This document shows positions 29,592 through 36,897 of a stretch of DNA of 64,000 nt, piece after piece. The notes below the pieces were generated by a model. It was given only the letters and a program-made list of their open reading frames with translations, made no database searches and had not been told where the DNA came from. The DNA lies in NCBI GenBank assembly GCA_946402315.1, contig CAMIWC010000006.1, forward strand, positions 812 to 64,811, read 5' to 3'. Position 1 is the stretch's first letter. The number at the start of each line of letters is the position of its first letter. This DNA comes from an uncultured Clostridium sp. Its GTDB lineage: Bacteria > Bacillota_I > Bacilli_A > RF39 > UBA660. The translations under genes were made by a program, and so were the position numbers.

Positions 29592-31118
29592 ATGGATACT
29601 TTTTTAAGATTTTTATATGAATTTTTATCTCAGTTTTTTGGAGGATTTATTCTATTCTTTAGAGGATTATTTAAAGGTTTAGGAATGATGTTTAATTTCC
29701 CTGCTTACCTTGAAATAATTCATGAGTATAAGAAGGATTTATCAATGCCAGAATGGATACTTGTATTTATTGCGGTATTAATAATATTATTAGTACTTGG
29801 ATTAATTGTATTCATGGTAGTGTTCTTAATCCGTAAATACATTAGAATACGTAAGTCATTAGTAGATCAAGAGTCCCTTCTAGAAGAAGTTGCTAATTTA
29901 AATAATGAAGTAGCTAAACTTTATAAAGAAAAAGAAGAAATACTTTCTATGAAAGTATCCAAGTTAGGACTTAAACCAACTGAATCTGATACTGAAGAAG
30001 AAAGTACTAGTTCTTCTGATAATACTGTTGATACTAATGATATTAGATTCCCTAAATTATATGAAGTTGATCAAAAATATGCTAATTATAAAGTACAAAA
30101 CTACAACAATGCCTTTGACTTGCCAGAATTAGTAGATATGTTTAGAAACTTTGCTGCTAGTGAATTAAGATTGTATTATCGTGAAAAGATGATTCGTTTA
30201 TTTATTGCGGCATTATCTTCAACTAAACTCGTAATTCTACAAGGTATTTCTGGAACAGGTAAAACTTCACTTGCTTATGCTTGGGGAAAATTTTTAAAAC
30301 ATGACTCTTGTATCGCATCTGTTCAACCATCTTGGAGAGATCGTACTGAGTTGTTTGGATATTTCAACGAATTTACTAAGAAGTTTAATGAAACAGAAGT
30401 ATTAAAAGAGATATATCAAGCTGGATATACTGATGATGTATATACAGTTATCTTAGACGAGATGAACATCTCTCGTGTTGAGTACTATTTTGCTGAAATG
30501 TTATCAATACTAGAGATGCCTAATAAAGATGAATGGATTGTTGAAATTGTTCCTAGTGCATGGAAGAGTGACCCAGTTCATTTAATTGAAGGTAAAATGA
30601 AGATACCACCTAATGTATGGTATATCGGTACAATCAACAACGACGACTCTACATTCATGGTAACAGATAAAGTATATGACCGTGCTATGCCTATTGATAT
30701 TAACGATAAAGGAGAAGTATTTACTCCTAAAGAAATACCAGCTCAAGATATTAATTACTCGTATTTGAATAAGTTATTTGAAGATGCTATAAATAATTTC
30801 CCAATTCATGAAGATGTACTTCAAAAAGTAGATGAAATGGATGACTATGTTATTAAGCATTTCCGTATAGCTTTTGGTAACCGTATTGTTGCTCATATGC
30901 GTAAGTTTGTTCCTGTATATGTAGCTTGTGGTGGAGATGAAATAGACGGAATAGATTACTTTATAGCTCGTAAGATTTTAAGAAAATTTGAACAATTAAA
31001 TATTGCATATATTAGAGATGAAATTGATGGCTTTGTTAAATTCCTAAATGATGAATTTGGTGAAGGAAAGATGGCTGAATGTATAGAATATCTATTAAGA
31101 CTTAAGAAAATGTCATAG
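29592..31118 (+). CDS. Membrane-anchored McrB-like AAA+ (AAA_5) GTPase
   Basis: aggagg RBS. Two N-terminal hydrophobic segments and a short coiled coil. Walker A GISGTGKTS, QPSWRDRTELFGY, Walker B VILDEMN, GTINNDDS at the position of the McrB N-x-x-D element, then DRAMPI. Confidence 0.75.
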   Translation: MDTFLRFLYEFLSQFFGGFILFFRGLFKGLGMMFNFPAYLEIIHEYKKDLSMPEWILVFIAVLIILLVLGLIVFMVVFLIRKYIRIRKSLVDQESLLEEVANLNNEVAKLYKEKEEILSMKVSKLGLKPTESDTEEESTSSSDNTVDTNDIRFPKLYEVDQKYANYKVQNYNNAFDLPELVDMFRNFAASELRLYYREKMIRLFIAALSSTKLVILQGISGTGKTSLAYAWGKFLKHDSCIASVQPSWRDRTELFGYFNEFTKKFNETEVLKEIYQAGYTDDVYTVILDEMNISRVEYYFAEMLSILEMPNKDEWIVEIVPSAWKSDPVHLIEGKMKIPPNVWYIGTINNDDSTFMVTDKVYDRAMPIDINDKGEVFTPKEIPAQDINYSYLNKLFEDAINNFPIHEDVLQKVDEMDDYVIKHFRIAFGNRIVAHMRKFVPVYVACGGDEIDGIDYFIARKILRKFEQLNIAYIRDEIDGFVKFLNDEFGEGKMAECIEYLLRLKKMS

Positions 31119-31127
31119 GTGATAATC

Positions 31128-32234
31128 ATGAAGGATATTAAGGTAGTAGATTTATATAAGAAAGCTAATGAAGATAGAGTAGATAAGTTTATCGAAAACA
31201 CTAGATCTAGTCTTATGGTTGATAAAGACTTAAAGAAAGTAGAAGTAGACTTTGAATGGTTAGATTTAATGGAAAATACTATTCAATATTTAGATAATAT
31301 TTTAAGAAATCCTAATCGTTTTATCATTAATGAAGAAGAAGTAGTTAAAGTAGAACTTGCTAGAAGAATTACTGTAGATAGCATTAAACATCTAGCTAGA
31401 CATACAAACTACATTCAAGAGATAAATGAAGATGATGAAGTAAAACCATCTAAGATTCTTAATATTAATAAAGATGAAAGTTATGATACCTATGAAAATA
31501 GATTTATCTTTACTCTTATTCAAAATATGGAAAGTTTTCTTGAAATTAAAAAGAAGAGTTTATTATTATCTTCTAGTTTAAGAGATGTTAAGAAATGTGA
31601 GTATCATGCTAAGAGTAAAGTAGGTCTAGAACAAATATCAATGGAGATTAATTTTACTTCTAGTTTGATTGATCAAAAAGAACCAGAAGGAGATACTCCT
31701 ATCGCAACTAGAATTCAAAGATTAGATGATAATATTAAAATGCTTACTAGTAGTGAAGTATATAAAACTTTAAAATCTATGCATGTTGCTAAAGTAATAC
31801 CTCCTATTAAAAAGACTAATGTTATTTTGAAAAATACTAACTTCCAATATGCAATGATATTATGGGATTACTTACAAGAACATGTTGCTGATGCTAGTAA
31901 AGTAGTTAAAGAAAACAAAAAATATGAAGATAATGGTATTCTTAAAGAATATATTAATAATACATTTTTGCTTAATTATTTAGCTATGAATACATTAAGT
32001 GAAGAATCTCCAATTAGTGATAGAGAAGAAGTTATAGAAGAACTTACTGATAACTTAATTCAAAAGATAGTAGAGTTAAATGTAGATTTACCTTTATCTG
32101 CACTTAAAGATAAAATTGGAGAAAAGATTGCAATTACTAAGTATAAAAAAGAAGCAAGTCTATATGAGATTCAAAATACATTTTCTGAGCATATTAAGAA
32201 TTACTTAGAAAAGATAGAAAGTATTAGTATATGA
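31128..32234 (+). CDS. McrC/DUF2357-like partner protein without an intact PD-(D/E)xK nuclease
   Basis: Start at ATG 31128 after aggtga. It carries the McrC-family D-T-x-E-N-R-F-[IV] element (DESYDTYENRFIFTLIQ). Near the C-terminus only a relic-like EKIAITKYKK is present, with no acidic catalytic residue. The stop overlaps the next start (ATGA). Confidence 0.6.
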   Translation: MKDIKVVDLYKKANEDRVDKFIENTRSSLMVDKDLKKVEVDFEWLDLMENTIQYLDNILRNPNRFIINEEEVVKVELARRITVDSIKHLARHTNYIQEINEDDEVKPSKILNINKDESYDTYENRFIFTLIQNMESFLEIKKKSLLLSSSLRDVKKCEYHAKSKVGLEQISMEINFTSSLIDQKEPEGDTPIATRIQRLDDNIKMLTSSEVYKTLKSMHVAKVIPPIKKTNVILKNTNFQYAMILWDYLQEHVADASKVVKENKKYEDNGILKEYINNTFLLNYLAMNTLSEESPISDREEVIEELTDNLIQKIVELNVDLPLSALKDKIGEKIAITKYKKEASLYEIQNTFSEHIKNYLEKIESISI

Positions 32235-32758
32235 AAAAAATATTTAGATTAATATTAATAATTATATTATTTATAATATTAGGAATTATTATATTTCAAA
32301 GAGTAACTCATAATAAATTAGCTCTAGGTAATTTTTATATTTTTGAAATTATATCTGGATCTATGGAACCGGTTTATAAAGCTGGGGATGTTATATTAGT
32401 TAGAAAATGTGATTATGAATCAATAAATATAGGGGATGATATTACTTATTTGGGTAGTGAAGGTAATTTAAAAGGTTTAATAGTTACCCATAGAGTAATA
32501 GAAAAGTTTGATTATGAAGGAAAACATAAGATAAAGACTAAGGGTATTAATAATGAAGTAGAAGATCCGGTTATAAATGCTGATCAAGTATATGGAAAAG
32601 TAATTTATAGGACAATTCTATTTAGTTTAATGGGTAAAATTATGACTAATAAGGTTGCTTACTTTATGATTTTTGCTAGTGTATCCCTAGTATTTTCTTA
32701 TGAGTTTATATCATATTTCTTCTTAGATAATGATGATGAGGATGATGAAGAAGAATAG
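32231..32758 (+). CDS. sipW: SipW-type signal peptidase I (S26B)
   Basis: N-terminal TM segment, ISGSMEP, VTHRVI, KGINNEVED, a C-terminal TM segment and an acidic tail DNDDEDDEEE. Confidence 0.8.
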   Translation: MKKIFRLILIIILFIILGIIIFQRVTHNKLALGNFYIFEIISGSMEPVYKAGDVILVRKCDYESINIGDDITYLGSEGNLKGLIVTHRVIEKFDYEGKHKIKTKGINNEVEDPVINADQVYGKVIYRTILFSLMGKIMTNKVAYFMIFASVSLVFSYEFISYFFLDNDDEDDEEE

Positions 32759-32784
32759 ATAGATAGAGTGTGGTGATGTTGTTC

Positions 32785-33414
32785 ATGAAAAAGAACAAGA
32801 AGAAGAAAAAGTTAGTTAGAATTCACCAATTATTGTTACTAATAATGTTACTTTTAGTTAATTCAACAGCGTGGTTTATTTATGTAAATACTGTTGAAAA
32901 TACTATGAATGTCCATGTTAAAGCTTGGGATGTAACATTTGAAGCGGGGGATTCGGAAATAGTTGATATGGTTGAAGTAACAGTAGATGATCTATATCCA
33001 GGAATGGATGATTATACTTATGACTTAACTGCTCATAACCGAAGTGAAGTTTCGGCAACTCTTACTTATGAAATATTACAAGCTAATATTTTAGGAGATC
33101 TTGTAATAACTAAAGAAGGTAGAGCAGAAAGACATGAAACAGCATTAGAAACAGATCCTACTAGTGCAGAACTTGAACTTCAATTAAAAGAAGATTATCC
33201 TTTTGAGATAACCTTCGATTTAACTAATTCTATTATGAACTCTGGTAATGGGAGTTCGGTTTATTCCGTTAATGTAGTTTGGCCTTATGAACAAGGTAAT
33301 GATGAACTAGATACAGAGTGGGGAATAGCTGCAGCTACTTATAAGAGCCAATATCCAGCAGAACCATCTATCGTTTTAATGATAAAAATAAAAATTACTC
33401 AAAATGCTAGTTAG
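32785..33414 (+). CDS. TasA/camelysin-like secreted protein
   Basis: Start probably at ATG 32785 (MKKNKKKKK), though 32776 is also possible. The signal ends LLLVNSTAWFIYVN. Further elements are KAWDVTFEAG, LYPGMDDYTYDLTAHNRSEVSATLTYEI and a C-terminal IKIKITQ. Confidence 0.55.
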   Translation: MKKNKKKKKLVRIHQLLLLIMLLLVNSTAWFIYVNTVENTMNVHVKAWDVTFEAGDSEIVDMVEVTVDDLYPGMDDYTYDLTAHNRSEVSATLTYEILQANILGDLVITKEGRAERHETALETDPTSAELELQLKEDYPFEITFDLTNSIMNSGNGSSVYSVNVVWPYEQGNDELDTEWGIAAATYKSQYPAEPSIVLMIKIKITQNAS

Positions 33415-34000
33415 CTTTTTGAGTAAAGTTAAGAGCGACTTTAACGCTTGCTACGCCGTTTGATGCAGCAGATGTATCAGCGGCATTATTCATTGTTTCT
33501 CCTGTACCATCATACCATTCAATGAAAATACGATAAGTATTATTATTGTTAGTATTAGATAGATTATGTGTTGTAGTGATAGTGTTGCTTGTACCATCGA
33601 ATAGGATAGTATCACCATCATTTATTTTATATCCAACTATTCTTAAATCAGAAATAGTATTATCATCTCCTGGAGTAATAGTAATAGTTTGATTATAAGA
33701 AACTTCTACTCTTGTTGAATCTATTACTAAATCAAAGTATCCAGTACTTGTAGGAGCGATTACACCAGTGCTGATATTATCATTAGCATCATAAGTAGGA
33801 ACTAAAGTATTAGTAAAACTACTTCCAGAGACAACGTCTATGTTATTAACTTTAAATGTCCATTCAGCAATTGTAAATTTACCAGTAGCGTTTGTTGATG
33901 AAACATATTTAGCGTATGATGTTTGCATCATTTCGATAAGAAGGCATAATAAAGCACAAGCAATTACTAATCTTATTTTACGATTATTAATTACATTCAT
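33407..34000 (-). CDS. TasA/camelysin-like secreted protein (convergent and separately transcribed)
   Basis: ggagg RBS on the minus strand. The signal ends EMMQTSYAKYVSS. Further elements are AEWTFKVNN, IAPTSTGYFDLVIDSTRVEVSYNQTITI and a C-terminal VKVALNFTQ. Its tail overlaps the 32785 gene tail-to-tail by 8 nt. Confidence 0.55.
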   Translation of the reverse strand: MNVINNRKIRLVIACALLCLLIEMMQTSYAKYVSSTNATGKFTIAEWTFKVNNIDVVSGSSFTNTLVPTYDANDNISTGVIAPTSTGYFDLVIDSTRVEVSYNQTITITPGDDNTISDLRIVGYKINDGDTILFDGTSNTITTTHNLSNTNNNNTYRIFIEWYDGTGETMNNAADTSAASNGVASVKVALNFTQKAN

Positions 34001-34221
34001 AGATATTCGCCTCCATTCTCATTTTTATTATACAAAACAAATGTCAAGATTTAAATATATATATGTAAATATTTTTGTAAATTTACACTTAATATATACA
34101 TGTTGTATATATTGTTGTAAACATATGCTTTTGAAATTAAAAATATTGATTTTTGCAATATTTGTAGTTTATAATTATTATGTATGATAGATAAGTATAT
34201 CGTGCATGTGTTGGTGATGTT

Positions 34222-34935
34222 ATGGCAAGAGAAGTAGTTGTTAAAGCAGATCAAGTTAAGAAACGTAAGAGAAGATCAAGAATAATAAAGCTATCATTAC
34301 TTTTTTTACTGTTACTACTCACAGTGTTATATATAATTTTAAGAGTTATATATAACGAGGGTAGATTTACAATTACACTTGATTCTAATGATACTTTGAA
34401 AAGTGGACTTGCAATATTTGAGAGTTTAAATAATTCTCAAGGAAAAAGAAAACTTGAAGCAACACCGGTAAAATTTATGGATAACATATCTTATAAGTGG
34501 TTACCAGAAAATATTGATACAGAAGCTGATGGACCTCACAATGGTAAAAACTACATAGCATATAGTTTCTATGTGGAGAACCAAGGAGAAGAGGTACTAA
34601 ACTATTGGTATGAAGTATACATAGATGATGTTATTAAAAACGTTGATGAAGCTGTTCGTATAAGAATATACAGAAATGGTGAATATGTTACTTATGCTAA
34701 AAAGAATTCGTTGGCTAATGAACCTGAAGAAGGTACCGTAGCATTTAGAGAGGATGTTAAAAGTAAAGAAAGAATAGTCATACTGGAACAAGTAAAAGAT
34801 TTTAAACCAGACGATTTAGATCGTTTTACAATAGTAATATGGCTAGAAGGGGATGACCCTGATTGTGTTGATGCTATAATAGGCGGAGAATTAAAAATGC
34901 ACATGAAGTTTACTGAAGAACATATTGAAAATTGA
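34222..34935 (+). CDS. Membrane-anchored/secreted protein sharing a C-terminal W-[LI]-E-G-x-D-x-D-C motif with the next gene
   Basis: Basic N-terminus plus a TM segment (LSLLFLLLLLTVLYIIL). Also YAYSFYVENQGEEVLNYWYEV and IVIWLEGDDPDC. Confidence 0.5.
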   Translation: MAREVVVKADQVKKRKRRSRIIKLSLLFLLLLLTVLYIILRVIYNEGRFTITLDSNDTLKSGLAIFESLNNSQGKRKLEATPVKFMDNISYKWLPENIDTEADGPHNGKNYIAYSFYVENQGEEVLNYWYEVYIDDVIKNVDEAVRIRIYRNGEYVTYAKKNSLANEPEEGTVAFREDVKSKERIVILEQVKDFKPDDLDRFTIVIWLEGDDPDCVDAIIGGELKMHMKFTEEHIEN

Positions 34936-34949
34936 TGGGAGTTGAAAAA

Positions 34950-35957
34950 ATGAGTACAAATAAAAAGAAAAAAAGAAAAGAGAAAAAATTAAGATCATTA
35001 TTTCTACTATTATTTTTAACAATAATTATGTTAGGAACTGCAACTTATGCATGGTTCACAGCCAATCAAGTTGTAACAATTCAAGCTTTAGACTTACAAG
35101 TTGAAGCTAGTAATGGTCTACAAATATCAACAGATGCTGTAACATGGAAATCAGTAATTACTAATGCTGATATTACTACTGGAGCATATAGTGGTGCTGT
35201 TAACCAAGTTCCAACATCAGTTACTGCTGTATCAAGTGATGGTACTGTAACAAGTGGTAAGATGAATATGTACTTAGGTACAATTACAAATGACCAAACT
35301 ACAGGAGATTATCTAATCACTTCTACAAAACAAACTGATGTAGCTGGTTCTAATGGATACTACATTGCATTCGATGTATTCCTAAAAACTGATACAACTC
35401 AAGAAGTATTCTTAGCAGGAACTTCAAATGTAAGCCATAAAGCTGTTCAAATCGCAGGTACTGATGAAGAAACTACTGATAAAGGATTAAAGAATTCTGC
35501 TCGTGTAGGATTTGTAATTCTTGGTCATGGTGCTTCAACTGATTCAGTTAGTACATTAACTGGATTATCTAATGCTAATGCTACTAGTGCAATCATTTGG
35601 GAACCAAACTATACATCACATACATCACAAGCATTAATAGTTGCTGCTGAGTATGGTGTTACTGCATCAACAAGTTCAGCTACTGCTTATCGTGGATTAA
35701 ATAAAGAATTCTCTGAAGGTGATTTAAAGAAAACTGTTAAAGGAGAAGGTACAGAAGCAGGATATGCTACTGCTATGAGTCCAGCTATTCAAACAGCTGA
35801 AGGAAATACTGATAATCATTCATTCGCAACATTACAAGCAGGAGTTACTAAAGTTCGTATTTATATGTGGATTGAAGGACAAGATATCGATTGTGAAAAC
35901 AATGCAACTGGTACTGATATCTCATTCAACGTATCATTTACAACTGCAACATCTTAA
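34950..35957 (+). CDS. TasA-like secreted protein with a SipW-type signal peptide; candidate major subunit
   Basis: Start at ATG 34950 after gggag. N-terminus is MSTNKKKKRKEKKLRSLFLLLFLTIIMLGTATYAWFTAN, the class of signal described for TasA-type SipW substrates. The mature part is T/S/A/G-rich. Also YMWIEGQDIDC. A strong terminator follows directly. Confidence 0.6.
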   Translation: MSTNKKKKRKEKKLRSLFLLLFLTIIMLGTATYAWFTANQVVTIQALDLQVEASNGLQISTDAVTWKSVITNADITTGAYSGAVNQVPTSVTAVSSDGTVTSGKMNMYLGTITNDQTTGDYLITSTKQTDVAGSNGYYIAFDVFLKTDTTQEVFLAGTSNVSHKAVQIAGTDEETTDKGLKNSARVGFVILGHGASTDSVSTLTGLSNANATSAIIWEPNYTSHTSQALIVAAEYGVTASTSSATAYRGLNKEFSEGDLKKTVKGEGTEAGYATAMSPAIQTAEGNTDNHSFATLQAGVTKVRIYMWIEGQDIDCENNATGTDISFNVSFTTATS

Positions 35958-35966
35958 TAAGATTTA

Positions 35967-35993
35967 AAAGAAGGTTAATACCTTCTTTTTTTT
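35967..35993 (+). terminator. Intrinsic terminator closing the TasA-like locus
   Basis: Stem aaagaagg/ccttcttt with loop ttaata, then a T-run. Confidence 0.7.
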
Positions 35994-36023
35994 GTGGTAT
36001 AATAAATATAGAGAGGTGAAAAA

Positions 36024-36680
36024 ATGAAAAAATATTTAAACATAGTACTAGTATTTGTTTTAGTATTATTAGTTAGTGCTTGTGGGAAAAAGGAAAATAA
36101 TACAGCAAAAGAAAAAACAATAACAGTTGATGAAGATATGATAATTACCTACAAGATAGATGCTCCTTACTACGGAGACATTAAAATAGGAAGTGTTTCT
36201 TTTGATATGTTAAGTACAAATGCTATGCTTAAGGAAAAGAATATTGAAAATAATTATTTTAGAGTAGCTGGATACAAAGTAAAAGGTACAGATGATAACT
36301 TCTTCTATGAAACAATAAAGTATGATGACTCTTATGAAGTTGAGTTTGTAGCTCACAGTGATTACTATGAGAAAGTTGGTTGTGAAGATTGTGATGAGCA
36401 ATTAGTATCTAGTCTTGAACTACCTAAAGGAATAACATTTAATTCAACTGCTGATGACGTTATTAAAGCTTATGGTGAAGCAAACGAGAAAAACGACTAT
36501 GATGATAATAGTTACCAATGGAGTGAAAAGACTGATGGTGAAAAATTAGGTGGAATTCAATCTAACGAATTAACATATAACTATAAAACAGATAAAGCAG
36601 AAATGAGACTTGAATTATGGTTTTCTAAAAGTACTGGAAAACTACATAGAGTTAGATACATCATTGAAGTTAAAAAATAA
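36024..36680 (+). CDS. Lipoprotein, function unknown
   Basis: Lipobox LLVSAC-GK after a hydrophobic N-terminus. Confidence 0.65.
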   Translation: MKKYLNIVLVFVLVLLVSACGKKENNTAKEKTITVDEDMIITYKIDAPYYGDIKIGSVSFDMLSTNAMLKEKNIENNYFRVAGYKVKGTDDNFFYETIKYDDSYEVEFVAHSDYYEKVGCEDCDEQLVSSLELPKGITFNSTADDVIKAYGEANEKNDYDDNSYQWSEKTDGEKLGGIQSNELTYNYKTDKAEMRLELWFSKSTGKLHRVRYIIEVKK

Positions 36681-36776
36681 TTGTAAAGGATATTTAATAA
36701 TATCCTTTTTATTTTGTTTTTTCTTTATTTATGGTAATATATATAGTAGATATAGTAGGTAGAAAGAGGAATCGTT

Positions 36777-36896
36777 ATGAATCATTTAAAAGATATTTCA
36801 AATGAAGAATTATTAGCAATTTTTCGTCTTGTACTAGAACATAAAGATATGCTAGAGATAGAGAAACAAAAGTTAGTAGAGAAAGAAGAACAATAA
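36777..36896 (+). CDS. Possible 39-aa small protein upstream of the coiled-coil protein and giant adhesin genes
   Basis: ATG 36777 is preceded by agaaagagga. It translates to MNHLKDISNEELLAIFRLVLEHKDMLEIEKQKLVEKEEQ. Its stop lies 1 nt before ATG 36898. It is not in the supplied ORF track, presumably because of a length cutoff. Confidence 0.3.
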   Translation: MNHLKDISNEELLAIFRLVLEHKDMLEIEKQKLVEKEEQ

Positions 36897-36897
36897 C

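Noticed and set aside
29592-32234. Annotating the McrB-like/McrC-like pair as a conventional McrBC type IV restriction system
   Set aside because: The McrB-like protein has N-terminal TM segments and no recognisable DNA-binding N-domain. The McrC-like protein lacks an intact PD-(D/E)xK core. Both genes are translationally coupled to signal-peptidase and TasA-like genes. I therefore kept this as a finding about a co-opted module instead.
29004-36401. Shadow ORFs 29004..29222, 30956..31201, 33840..34187, 34051..34254, 34597..34791, 34692..34904 and 36210..36401
   Set aside because: They are antisense to supported genes or lie in the AT-rich 34001-34221 promoter region. They have no RBS and low-complexity sequence.
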